A stretch of DNA of 64,000 bases from Octopus vulgaris (Eukaryota), in NCBI GenBank assembly GCA_951406725.2, contig OX597830.1:34534001-34598000 (forward strand), in the 5' to 3' direction. The translations under genes and the position numbers were made by a program. The notes beneath the pieces are model-generated. The model saw only the letters and a list, made by a program, of their open reading frames with translations. It did no database searches and had not been told where the DNA came from. This document shows positions 41,923-55,489 of this stretch, one piece after another. Within the stretch, counting starts at the first letter, position 1. Each line of letters starts with the position of its first letter.

Positions 41923-42420
41923 AAGCCAAACCATCGAGCGTTTGAGTAGTTACTACTGAGAAGCCTTATGACTGATGGGTGAAACTAGTCTAATGATCCT
42001 CGATGTACTCATCGGGCAGTTATCTCCCTTGTCAGTGTATGCATATTGCTCACTTATAACAGCATTAAGAGTTTTTAACTCTTAAATCTTGCAATATTAG
42101 TGTTTCAACATCCTGTCACAATTAGTGACGATAAAATTTATCCTGCATAGTATTATATTGCGCCTAGCAGTTTATATTAATTTTTAATATATGCATTAGC
42201 ATTTCACTAAATGAACCAAATTTTTGTGGTAAAATACAAATATACTAAACTACTGGATTTAACCAAGCCATTAACCGTGTGAATAGTCACTACTGGCGAG
42301 CCTACGAAACTAAGTGAAGTTAGTCTAGTCTAGTGATCTGAGGGGTGCACATGGGGCAGTTATCTCCCCTGTTAGCGTATATATATATTGCACGCTTCTT
42401 ACATCATTATGAGCTTTTAA
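41923..42420 (+). repeat. Two diverged direct repeats (period about 337 bp), each with a minimal hammerhead-like motif
   Basis: 41923-42080 resembles 42260-42420, sharing TAGT-ACTACTG, TAGTCTA-TGATC and GGGCAGTTATCTCCC. Confidence 0.7.
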
Positions 42421-43090
42421 TTTATTTCTTGTAAAATAGATGCTTCAGCACCCTCATTCACAATTACATAGGCATATACTTGCATACATACATATGTATG
42501 TATATATGTACATATGCAGACACTTATATGCACACACACACATACACACATACACACATATATATAAAGTACATGTTTATCATAAAATGTCCTTGTCTGT
42601 ATATCGTTTTGAAGCCAACATTCATAGAGGTAAGGTGACTCACGGTTACTTCCCCACCCTACAACTAGCTGTGGCAACTACCAACACCTGTATGTGACCA
42701 CAAATATCTACACACATGTACATAGGCATACATACACACACGCACACACACAGGCATTTTAATATACTCTGTGCTTGTATGTGTGGGTATACACGTAAAT
42801 AATGTGTATACATATATATTATATATATTCAGTCAAATATGTATATAAGGCACAAAGAAATACACACGTATATATGTATACACACACTCACACACATATA
42901 CGGGTCTGTATGTGTACACTTGCACAAAGATTCATACACTCAGACATGCATACACAGTTTGAAATTATTTTACTTGAGGGTCTGCTTGGCAGTTTTCTGA
43001 GACTTTTTGTGATCCACTTTAATATGGTCTAAAGAATTTGCTCAATTTCCGTCTCTTTGAACTTTATTTATTCTTTTTTAATATTGATAG

Positions 43091-43116
43091 ATATAGTTGT
43101 GAGAAGTGGGGACCAG
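43091..43116 (+). other. Candidate microexon (26 nt)
   Basis: ctttatttattcttttttaatattgatag|ATATAGTTGTGAGAAGTGGGGACCAG|gtaagg; alternative acceptor at 43096. Confidence 0.4.
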
Positions 43117-43702
43117 GTAAGGTTAGGGAATGAAATGATATGGAAGTTGGGAATGTGAGAGATGGATGGTATTTGGCGGGGTGTATGAGTGTGTATGTAC
43201 ATATACATATAAAGACGTGTACATTTTTCTATGTGTGTTTGTGTGCTTGTGTGTGTTTCTAAGGAACTTCTATGATATAAGTATCTCCTATCATCGATGA
43301 CAAATAACGTATTCTTACTATATTAGGAATATTTATTTTTCATTTGCTATTTCTGCATATCTTTGATTCTGCCTCTCTCTATCACTCTCTCTCTCTCTTT
43401 CTATATATATATATATATGTATACACACACACATATATGTGTGTGCATTACATAGTAATATTTATACATTTGCTCATACACACATACATCACCATTAATG
43501 TTCTACATTCACTTTCCATGCTGGCCTGTGTAGGATACCTTAAGAGGATTCAACGGTTAGTGGTTCAAATCTCAATGTAAATGCCTTTCAAATTAAGAAA
43601 TACAGGAGAGTGTTAAACAGAGTTGTACCTTCTTTAAGCTTTTCTATTCGTATTTGTATGTATATATATATATATATATATGTGTGTATGTATATAAGTA
43701 TG

Positions 43703-43766
<64 letters not shown>

Positions 43767-45574
43767 TATGTAGTCAATCCAAGCAAGAACAAGTAAGAAA
43801 AACAGCATCGCGAGGACGTGGTAATGTGTTATTGGACGCTCAGGAAAGGAAAGAAAAGAAAAAGAATTTTGCGTTTCGATCGGAGCTCTTCATCAGAAAT
43901 ATAGAAAAATCCAAAGAAGGGAAGACAGAGAAAGAAAATTGCCAACGATACACACGCGGTCACATAGTGACACATACATTTCCATCATTGTCTTTATACA
44001 CACACACACACACACACACATACTGTTGTATACAATTGTATAGAACCCAGTTCTATGCAATTTAAAATGGTCCATTGTTACTCATGCCAAACCATATAAT
44101 GGTTATAACAACAAATGTGACCTCTGCATCACAGAAGTCTTATCTGTTATGCAATGTAACAATTGCTTGAATAAATGGGACAGCCTAATTCTTAATTTTA
44201 AACATAGGTTATGCAATACATTTCTCAAGGTACAAATAATAGCATCCTCCCCAATTATTCTCTAACTATTCGTCCACCTCCAATTGCAAGTCTTCTATGT
44301 ATTTATAACATTTATATTTCCTTGACCTTCTGATCTTCCTACATCGCCCTCTTTGCACCTGAGAATATGCAGGCTTGTACGTACATGTGCACACCTATAG
44401 GATACCACAGGTGCAGAGAGAAAATGTACCCGTGTGCGCAGATATGGGAACATATAGTTTTACTGTTAAGGGTGAACCGCCAATTTACCTCGAACTACTA
44501 TGTTACCCTGATGACCAGTAACTTTATTTCCCATCTTGCCTTCTTTTTTCCTCTCTTCTAACAAATCCACCTCTCTTCTTCTCCTGACATTTTTACTTCT
44601 AAATTTTTTTCTTTCCTTTGATTCTGTTTAAACGTATATAGATGGGTGTGACAATATATTTAAATGACCCCAACCTTATATTCACCACGATCTTTCCCTA
44701 ATCAGTTTCAATCTCATCAAAATTCCCCCCTTTTTTCCCCTCTACTTTTCTTTATTCTTAACAACTTTAAACAATTGCCCACTCCCATAGTTTATTTCTT
44801 CATATATTTGGTCTTCCATTTTGTTTCTTCACTTCCATCTTCGCCACTCATTTTGAATAACATCTCCTGTGAGTTAACTTAGGATCCCTTGACATCAATG
44901 TAGCCTTCATTTACCTAAGGTATCTTTGGCTTAAGAAGTAGATAGTGGAGTACCCCTCGTTGAGGTATTGTTACTTCCAGGGTTCTTCTAGCTAGGAAAA
45001 TTATGTAGCTTGGATTTTAGATGCTCCATTCCCTACATTTGGATTTTTATTTGCATAGTTAGGAACCCTGGATGTTAACCATGAACTAGAACAGAACCTT
45101 TTCAGCTTATCGAACTTCGAACACCTACAACCGTCTAAGCCAATAAACTATTATTGTCTCTGAAAGTTGTTTGTTTTCTTCTTCTACGGACTGCTTGAAA
45201 CTTACTAATTTCCTACACTTAGATCTTTGGATCTTACTACTACGTATCATCATATATATTTATGTAAAGAATAAAATGTTTTGAATGATTCAATAATGCA
45301 CTCGTGTGTCCATGCACACATTTTATTGTTTTGCTATCTAAATAACCATTATTCAAATTGATTATTAACACTACTTATTAAATGATTATCATTCTTTTGA
45401 GAGTTTCATGATATATTCCTAGTTCTTCTCTCTTGCAATTAGTTACAAAACTAATTTAAAATTTTCTTTGCATTTGTACACAATTTTCTTTATATTTACT
45501 TTTCATATTTTGTATGGTTAATGTGTTATGCCTTATTTCTAAGTACATATTTTTTCTCAATTTTTCTTTTCCAG

Positions 45575-45597
45575 ATATTGGTGTTCCTGGTTTTCAG
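45575..45597 (+). other. Candidate microexon (23 nt)
   Basis: ttttttctcaatttttcttttccag|ATATTGGTGTTCCTGGTTTTCAG|gtaatc. Confidence 0.45.
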
Positions 45598-46953
45598 GTA
45601 ATCAGCTTGTGTTTACATTTTATTTAATTTCTATTTCATTATTACTTTTTCAATATTTGCAACAGTTCTCAAGTTTCATTTAGTAGCTTTTGTTCTTGGT
45701 CTTTTGTATTTAAATGTTTTATTTTATCACTTTGAATTTTAATAATGTACATACATATAGAAAAAAATATATATAAAATAGGGGCAGGAGTGGCTGTGTG
45801 GTAAGAAGTTTGCTTCCCAACCACATGGTGTGAACCTTGCGACATGTCCAGCCCAGTAGAACTTGTACTGTTGGTATTCTGCAATCATATAATTCACTGT
45901 GCTCCATTTTTAAATAATCAAATTTCGAATGTTCTCTCTGAATGATATTTGCAAGCATGGATCTTTCCATGGCGTTTTACATCATAGCCAATTGATGTTC
46001 CAACTTTTAAAAAGAAGAAAAATATTCTTGACGTTTCTAACAGCAGATCTTCATCAGCACTTTTCTGCCCAACTGGGCATCAGAAAGTCACCACGCCAGT
46101 GATTGCGTGACACAAAATTTTATGCCCAGTAAGGCTTGCACAATATTTCACAGATCCTCTCACTCAGTTGCATAATCCACAGACAAGCAGGTGCAAGATA
46201 TTCAGTGCCAAAATGGGTCACAAGAATGCGGGAACGCCTGATCTCAAGCGCAAGCAAGAGGTCCCCAAAATATTTAGTGGCATTCCCTGCATATTTAGTT
46301 TTATATCAGAGTGACCTTCTCCTAGAGACATGCTTTAAAAGCTAGCTGAGAATTGCCTCACTCCTGGTGGTCTTCTAGTATGCTGGGCACAAACCCAGAA
46401 TTTCTGGGAGCCAGTGCTATTGCTAGCTAGTGGTTGAACTTATATAGGTTATATAAGTTTCTAGCAATCATCCTTACAGGGCAAGCCTAGTGAGGGTGCC
46501 AGTTTAGTTACCTATGAATCTAACATGCAACAAGTTGTACTGGTTTCCATGTTACGAGTTATACTCATGAGAGACCTCACAAGTGACATAACATAATGTA
46601 TGTGTGTATACACACACACATACTAGCAGAAAGACAGCCACCCCGGACGGTTTTCTGCTAGCCCCTTGATAATATTTTCCCATTTGATTCTCAATTCTAA
46701 TAATATTTGCATTTTACATCTAATTGTTTCTTTTTATAATAGTGCTCACTTGCTTAGTAAATATTGCTTTCGTTATTTTATCACAGTCATAATCTCACTT
46801 TTTTAAACTACAGAGGGAGAAGCTATTTGTTAAGTTTTATCTTCCCCTCAAAGCAACATAGAGATTTCAATTCAGCAGCCCATCCGTAAGCTATGCAGTG
46901 TGTGTGTGTGTGTGTGTGAGGGAGAGAGAGAGAGAAAGAAAGAGAGAGAGAGG

Positions 46954-46985
<32 letters not shown>

Positions 46986-47925
46986 CCATTTCAAACAAAG
47001 AATGAAATAAACATGAAATGAAAACAATCGTATAAATAAAAGAGCATTACTATGGATGAATATGCTCCCGAAATTGTTGCCACATAACATCCAGAAAATG
47101 GATACCTTTTAACAAAAAGGCTTCAGAGTATACAGGGATTTATGGGAAAGAATTTTTCCGAGGGAGTGGAGAGATGAGTTTCGGAAAATTCACGCGATCT
47201 GACTTTTTTCCCTAATAACTTACAGAAAGATGGGTATATTTTAATGAAAATTTATACAAATCCCTTTCAAACAGCATAAATTACGATTATAAAGAAATTT
47301 GTGGAGAAGATCTTTTTGGGGATCCCCCCACCATTTTGTAAACCACAGCCTTCGAAATGATGGGGTTGGGGGCACCTTTGTATGGAAAAAGTCTTGAAAA
47401 CTCTTTTTTTACACCTTCTCCCTCATCATCCCACTCCAGACTTATTTTGCCCAGTTTTTTTTTTACACATCAAAACCACCGGAAAAAGGATTTTCCATAA
47501 AAAAAAAACGTTAATATTTCCAGAGGGAAAAGAGAGTGATTTAATAGCGATTGGCTATTGTTTCTAGCACTTCAAAAGACAACCCTCCTCGTTTCTTTAT
47601 CACTCCCGCATGTATTGATGTTTTTTTTAATATTCCCCTCCCCCACTTAAATACGTTTATATGCTATAAAAAAGAAAATTTGAGAAATTATTAAGTTTTT
47701 GCAACCCCACTCCCTGCCCCCGATTGTTTTTTTTTTAAAAATTAGAATATTGGAGAACCTGAGAAGATCTTTGCTGGCATTTATCCACAGTGATTTAAAA
47801 AAATTACGGAAATGTACTTGCATAGCAAGTGACTCGATCTGAGATCGTGTCTTGAAACAAAAACAATTGCATCGTGGAAGTTGTTTGTAAGCTATTCGAG
47901 AACTCACAAAAGCTGTTAGTTTCAC

Positions 47926-48124
47926 GGCACTACTTAAATACAGCGGTCCCGATGCATCTACGTAACGATATGAAGGTGGGGTAGTTTTAGGTTTAGTTTT
48001 AGGGTTAGTTTTTAGGGTTAAGGTTAGGGTGTCAGTACACGTCCACATAGCGTACTTTTAAAATGTTTTGTACGTAACACCTGTATTTAAGTAGTACCGT
48101 TTTAAAGGACCGCTGTATCTAAGT
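47926..48124. mobile_element. Small inverted-repeat element with internal degenerate TTAGGG repeats
   Basis: CGGCACTACTTAAATACAGCGGTCC pairs with CTGTATTTAAGTAGTACCG and with GGACCGCTGTATCTAAGT; TTAGGG variants at 47985-48030. Confidence 0.55.
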
Positions 48125-48845
48125 TTTACCAGTTTCGCTTCATCTTTAAAATTTCCTTTGTGTCAAAATATTTTCTTCGCTTTGAAACCATGACCTGTTC
48201 GCTGACAAAACTTCGCAAAAGTGATGCAGCACGAAGTTTTGTCAGTGAGCACACACATACATAAACATATGCACACACACACACACACACATACATAAAC
48301 TTATGCACACACACGCACACATTAATTGCCTTTCATTTGTGTGTATGTGTACATATGTGTGTGTGTATATATTGGCTTAGTGGTATAGAATGTTTGGAAA
48401 CTGTGAATAAGGTGCAAGTTTCGAGTACTTGTTGGTAACTTTTTTCTCCTCGTCTTCTAATCGTAATTATCCAACTTTCTAGGCTCTTCTCACAGCCATC
48501 TCGCGTTCAAAAATTATACGGGTATTTTAAAAAAAATTTCATTCAATAAATAATGATTTTACATTACGTATTCATTAGTAGAATAAACTGTCGGTTTTCT
48601 AAATAGCGAAATAAAACTAAAAAGAGAAAGTGAGAGACTTTACAAATGAAAATGGAATACTCTGCAGTGAATGCAATGAATGTTTAAATCTGTGAAGAAT
48701 TAGACGCAGTGAATGCAATGAATATTTAAATTTGCGAGAAACTGGAGTTTAAAAAATTCAGTAAACTTGAGAAATCGAAATTATAGGAAACCGCTTAGAA
48801 CACAAATTCATAAAAATATTTCCAGACGGTCAACCTTTTAATAAG

Positions 48846-49290
48846 CTGGCAACCCGCATGGTTCTTGGTCTCAATCATTTGTCTTATGAAGAAAGGCTGA
48901 AGACGCTCGACCTTTATTCTCTAGAAAAACGACGACGCCGTGGTGATCTCATTCTTGCTCACAACATCATAAGCGGAAAGTGTAACCTTCTCGAAAGAGC
49001 TGTTCTTCACTCCTGCTCCAGAGCGTCGGCTGCGGGGTCACTCCGAAAATCTCTATCTGCGACGATTTCATCTCAATCGAAGGAGAGAGGCTTTCTCTGT
49101 CCGGGTTGCGGATCCGTGGAATAAGCTGCCGGACGAGATAGTGAAGACGCCGACGACCGCTCGGTTCAAAGTCTCTCTTGACCAGAAATGGCCTGAACTC
49201 TTTGCATGAACACCCTCCCTGTACATAACTCCATGTCCCCCTACATGGCCTTGCTTTTTGCTTTTTGAGCCAAAAAATTAACTTAACTTA
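48846..49290 (+). mobile_element. CR1-clade LINE 3' end
   Basis: LATRMVLGLNHLSYEERLKTLDLYSLEKRRRRGDLI...LRGHS...AFSVRVADPWNKLP; ends in a (TTAAC)n tail; CpGs largely intact. Confidence 0.9.
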
Positions 49291-50220
49291 AATTGTTTTC
49301 TTTTAGTACTTTTAGTAATTGTTACATACCTAATTAATAAGCAGCTTTTTCTATTATAATATAGATGTATATATATATATATATATATATGCATACACGC
49401 ACGCATGCACACACACACACATATACATGCAGAGGAATTCACATTACCTTTCGGTTGTGCATTAAGGGGCTTCTTGTGAAATATCTCACGTAAAATAAGG
49501 CTTTCAAATAGAAGGATTAAAAGTCCAGGGTGGCAGGTTGAATGAATCAGCAAAACACTTTACTCCCAAACCATGATATAAGTTGATGATGGGAGTGGTG
49601 AGTCCTAGTCGCGACTGGGTTTGTCCACTAGGACAAAACTAAAAGCCTTTTAATATCACAATAGATGACGTCAAGCAAATAAATACACATGCTTATGAAC
49701 CAATAACGTTAAAAGAACAGCTGCATAGCTTTTGCAATGCTTCACTTACAAGGACAGGGAACAATTTACCATTTTGTTTTGCTTCATATAGAGATTCAGG
49801 AAAACAAAAGAAATTTCTTTCCAAACATCTCATTGGGCAGCCATTAATGAGCCCTTAACTATTCGAGTGCTTGCAAACTCTGTCTTGGGATAAAAATGCT
49901 ATTGCAACTACTGCTATTTATCAATGAAGAAAAACCTTGTTAATTAATTTCAGATCGTTAACTATTAATAATTTATAAATGATGTTATATTTCTATCTTC
50001 ATAAACCCAAAAGCATATTAGCTAATGTCTGCTTGGTTCTAATGATATGTTCCTCTTGTACCGATCCCAAGCGCTACATACTGACCTGACATCTACAATA
50101 CGTAGTACGCAGGCTGACATTGTTAGATTGTTTATTCAGACATGTATGAACAACAAGCAACACTGTCTCTTATCGCTGACTAATCAGCTTCGGCATGTCG
50201 TCTGAACAAACGAATAAAGT

Positions 50221-50556
50221 CCTTGCCTTTCATCCATTCGGGGTCGATTAAATAAGTACTAGCTACGCACTGGGATCGATGTAATCGACTTAATCCGTTT
50301 GTCTGTCCTTGTTTGTCCCCTCTGTGTTTAGCCCCTTGTGAGCAGTAAAGAAATAAGATACGATAGCACGCCTGGTGAAGTGTTTAGCGGTATTTTCTCT
50401 GTCTTTACGTTCTGCGTTCAAATTTCGCCGAGGTCGACTTTGCCTTTCATCCTTTTGGGGGTCGATAAATTAAGTACCAGTTGCGTACTGGGGTCGATCT
50501 AATCGACTGGCCCATTCCTCCCGAAATTTCGGGCCTTGTGCCTAGAGTAGAAAAAA
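50221..50556 (+). mobile_element. Two tandem partial copies of SINE family B
   Basis: TTGCCTTTCATCC-TT-GGGGTCGAT-AA-TAAGTAC repeated; further minus-strand copies at about 18160-18376, 22107-22248, 55990-56155 and 59230-59437. Confidence 0.8.
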
Positions 50557-50759
50557 TATGCAATCTTTGCACAATTGTGTGTGTACATATGTGCATGTGT
50601 GTCTGCATGCACGTGTTTACGTGAAACTTTGAGAAACGATTTTGAAACCAATACACGGAAAATATGAATACATATGCATTAGTTCATACTTTCTTTTGTG
50701 GGCAGTTTTGTTGGTTGTTTCATAGATATTCTTTTACATTATGAGTGTGAATGTGTCAT

Positions 50760-50812
<53 letters not shown>

Positions 50813-51043
50813 AGCTACATATAATATGTGCCTAAGTATAACCATGCGTGCATGCATTCATATATATATATATATATATATATATTTTTGCCTGTATGTA
50901 TATTTATAAACAGAAGCTATTTTATTTTATGCTTGTGTGTAGATTCTTTTCATTCTCATTACACTTCAAATTATTCGTATCTGTTGTGTTGATATATGTT
51001 TGCACAAAGAAGTATATTTTATTCTTCATATTATACAGACATT

Positions 51044-51102
<59 letters not shown>

Positions 51103-51443
51103 AGGCAGAGAGATATTCTGAACTAATAATTGAGGCAAATCATACTGCTTCTCTCATATAATTAAAGGTATAAGCAAAGTTGGGAGGAATTGGAAAAAAG
51201 GTGGTGATGATAGGATAGTGGGTCTGGTTAGGAAGGTTGCACTGTGTGTTTTGAATGCGATGGCATTACTGTTGGTGTTTGAGGTGGTCATAGTAGTGGT
51301 GGTGGTGTTTGTATGATTCTACGTATGAGCGGATGAATGGGGGAGGAAGGTTTGTGAGGCAAATGATACAAAACTGTTAGGTGATAAAAAAGCTTCAGGT
51401 GTACAAAAAAAGAAATAAGCCTCATAAGTTGTATGCACACACG

Positions 51444-51489
<46 letters not shown>

Positions 51490-51492
51490 AAC

Positions 51493-51527
<35 letters not shown>

Positions 51528-51943
51528 TACATATATATATGCGCATATGAATGAATATGTGTATATATAGAGATAGATAGATAGGCATATGCATATACAT
51601 TTTAATAGATATATGTAGGTGTGTGGATCTAATGAATATCTCCCTCTATTTCAATGGTAATAACACTAAAAAAAAAACAATATGAATATGAATAAACAGC
51701 AAGAACAACAATTTAACAATACATTCATCACTTCACTAAACCTAGGAAACATTATACATCAATTTATGTTTCTGTGTGTTCATTACATTTTTTTCCCCAC
51801 ACATACACACTCACACAAAAATATAATTTGTACATGTAAGAATGTATGTGTAGGTAAGTGTGATATATGAACACATATTTACCTGCATGATTGTTTTTTG
51901 TGTATATTGGGGAAGTTCAATGATGTTTTTTTTTTATTTTCAG

Positions 51944-51981
51944 TTTTGTTCTCCCCCTTGTGTTATACAATCTTTACCTAT
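51944..51981 (+). other. Candidate microexon (38 nt; 48 nt with the second donor)
   Basis: ttttttttttattttcag|TTTTGTTCTCCCCCTTGTGTTATACAATCTTTACCTAT|gtgagt; second gtgagt at 51992. Confidence 0.4.
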
Positions 51982-52248
51982 GTGAGTATACGTGAGTGTG
52001 TTGTATGTGATTATATATGAGCAGATACACGCTTAATCACATATATAATTATATATATATGCATGATGTAGATGCATATGTATATAGGTATGTATATATG
52101 TGTGTGTATTCATGCATATATATATATATATATATTTACATACTTGCTTATAAATGGTTACACAAAACCATATAATCACAAATACATACGTAAATAATAT
52201 ATATGTATACACACATATACATGCATACACTCATACATAATACATACA

Positions 52249-52283
<35 letters not shown>

Positions 52284-52328
52284 TGTGAATTCTCCCAGTG
52301 TGTATATATATATATATATATATATGCA

Positions 52329-52386
<58 letters not shown>

Positions 52387-52927
52387 TGTATGTATGTATG
52401 TATGTATGTTTTGAGACACTCATCAAGCTGCACATGAGTAAAGCCTGAAGCAGCAAAACACCCGTACAAAGGTGTCATAGACTAGAACTAATCATTTTAG
52501 TTTTGATGGTGTGAGAACTAATTTTCCAAAATTGTCCTCAATTGTTTTCCTGCTTGTTATGTCCATATGAAATCATCTTAGGTTTTGCACCACATTCGAG
52601 GTGTTTTTTTGTTCACGTATGACTTTTTTTTTGTTGCAATGTATATAAGCATTTATATTTTTATGCATGTGTTTGTTTATGTGTGTGTGTGTGTGTATGC
52701 ATGCGTGCATATATGTATGTGTTTGTGTGCGCATGTGTGTAAAGTATTTGATGTGTTATCTTAGAGCTGATGCATTCTTGAGAAATTTTTTTAATTTAGT
52801 TTTGCTCTATGCTTATTATCTATTTATTCAAGTTTTTTTTTCATGTATATTTTTCATCTATATTCATATTTATATCTCTTCCAATAGTGAAAGAAAAATA
52901 TATATGCACACACAAATATATAGGTAT

Positions 52928-53005
<78 letters not shown>

Positions 53006-53290
53006 TAATATATGTATATAAATTTATATATATATATGTATATACATAGGTATATATATATGTATATATATATATATATGTAGAGAGAGATGGAGAGAGA
53101 GAGACAGACAGAGAGATGTGAGTGTACATAAATTTTTATCGATACAGCTCTTTTTATTGATTCATATACTATACTATATTTGATTAGGTGTCTAAATCTC
53201 TCTCTTTGTACTTGTTTGTCTATCCATCTATCTATGAACCTATTTATCAATCTGTTTATCTATTTTTCTCATTTTCTCTCTCCAATGTAA

Positions 53291-53347
<57 letters not shown>

Positions 53348-53580
53348 ACTTGCACACAAACATACTGTGAATGAATTCAATGAGGACACAGAACTGTATA
53401 TATAGATACATAATTATTTATGTATTATATATTTGTCTCAGGCAGTTTTTGAATTTTCTTTTAATGATTTTAACCACTTCTATGTTGCCTTGGTGCATAT
53501 GTGATTATAGTATGTTTTTTACTTACATACATTTTTTTTCTAAAATTTTCCTCTCATATTTTCAATCTCTATCTTTCTTT

Positions 53581-53621
<41 letters not shown>

Positions 53622-53841
53622 CCTCTCTCTCTACTTATAATACTTGTTTCCTATTCTCTTTCTCTCCTTCATCTTTGATCCTTAACTATTCCTCACATTC
53701 TTCCATTTTCTGATATATTGGTTATTTTCTGATGTTTTTATGAGGGTCATTTTCTTTGGAAATATCAATACCTATCTTGCAGCCTATCTACCGATTTGCT
53801 ATCTTTACTCTTACTCTCTCACTCCTACTCTATCACTCAGA

Positions 53842-53872
<31 letters not shown>

Positions 53873-54221
53873 TGTATATCACAGTGCCTTGGGGCTGATT
53901 TACTAGAAAATACACACACACACTCACACACACACACAAACACAATCATATATGCATACCTAACGTATAATTGTTGAAATTAGGATTATATTTGTTTTTC
54001 ACACATTAATGATTGTTACTATCGTTTTTGTTGTTGTTGTTGATATTAATTTTTCTAAGGAACAAAAGAAGCAAAATTGGAAGCATTGCTTTTGAAGAAG
54101 AAAAGAAGTATGAAAAGAAATAATGAAAATGAAATGTGAAATGTTTGTGATGATTGGAGATATGATATGTGAATTAGAGAGTGGGATAGGTTTCCAGTGA
54201 TGAACCAGTAATGCATGTTGT

Positions 54222-54258
<37 letters not shown>

Positions 54259-54265
54259 CACAGTG

Positions 54266-54623
54266 GAAGGGCAGCGGACTCACGGTTGTAGGATTGCAGT
54301 TTCGATTCCCGGACCGGGCGTTGTGCGTGTTTATTGAGCGAAATCACTTAAAGCTCCACGATGCTCCGACAGGGGATGGTGCGAACCCTGATGTACTCTT
54401 TCACCACAACTTTCTCTCACTCTTTCTTCCTGTTTTTGTTGTATCTGTATTTCAAAGGAGCCAGCCTTGTTACACTCTGTGTTACATTGAATCTTCCCAA
54501 AAACTACGTTGAGGGTACAAGTGTCTTTAGAGCGCTCAGCCACTTGCACGTTATTACATGAGCAGGCTGTTCCATTGATCAGATCAGCTGGAACCCTCAT
54601 CGTCATAACCGACAGAGTGCCAC
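54266..54623 (+). mobile_element. tRNA-derived SINE-like element (family C related)
   Basis: GTTTCGATTCCCGGACCGGGCGTTGTGCGTGTTTATTGAGCGAAATCACTT head, similar to the 60025-60369 copy. Confidence 0.6.
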
Positions 54624-54694
54624 GATATATATACACGCATATACATATATGTATGTGTATGTATATATATATATATATATACACACACATACAC

Positions 54695-54743
<49 letters not shown>

Positions 54744-55445
54744 CCTGCTCGCTTAGCCAACGGGGTGGCGTCATTCGAAGGCTAAAACAATGCGAACGCA
54801 TTGTGACCAGCGATGTGTAACAACATCTGATGGTCTGGTCGGTCACGTGATCACGTGATATATATATAAATTCGTCGTTATAGGTCGCTAGCCACTACAC
54901 ATTTTTTATTTTCTCTCCCTGTTTCTGTGTTTCTTTCTGTGGAAGAGCGTAGGCTCGGAACATTAAAGACTTTTTCACTTCCCGAGCGTTAAACTAACAC
55001 ATCTGTTTGTTGTCTACACCACCTGTCTTCGTCTTTTGTTTTTTTGTGAATTCTTCCCTATATACAAATATATATATATATACACAAGTACAGGCACGCC
55101 TGCGTGGATACACAATTTACTTCATAAACATGTGGTTTCTTGTTCTCACTGCATGGATACTTGAGCAAGTATCTCACATTGTAACTTCATACTGATTAGT
55201 GCAGGTTGGTGGTATTGGTAGGTGGCTAGTGAAAAAGAATAATTTCATATATTTATATATATGTATATATGTTTGGTGTTAACCGTCAGAAAAAAGAGTA
55301 CTCAATACCATAGCAGAGATTAATAATATATTTTATTTCAGAGAATCACTTATAGTTGAACAGGGTTTTCCGACAAGCTATGAGTCAAAAAGTCACTGTA
55401 GACTTACTGGTGGAAATTAATGTAGCAACAGACTCATCTAAAATA

Positions 55446-55489
<44 letters not shown>

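Noticed and set aside
45575-45597. Collagen-like Gly-X-Y reading of microexon candidates (xIGVPGFQ; also xNGEK at 10411)
   Set aside because: Too short, lengths are not multiples of 9, and the other candidates do not follow Gly-X-Y
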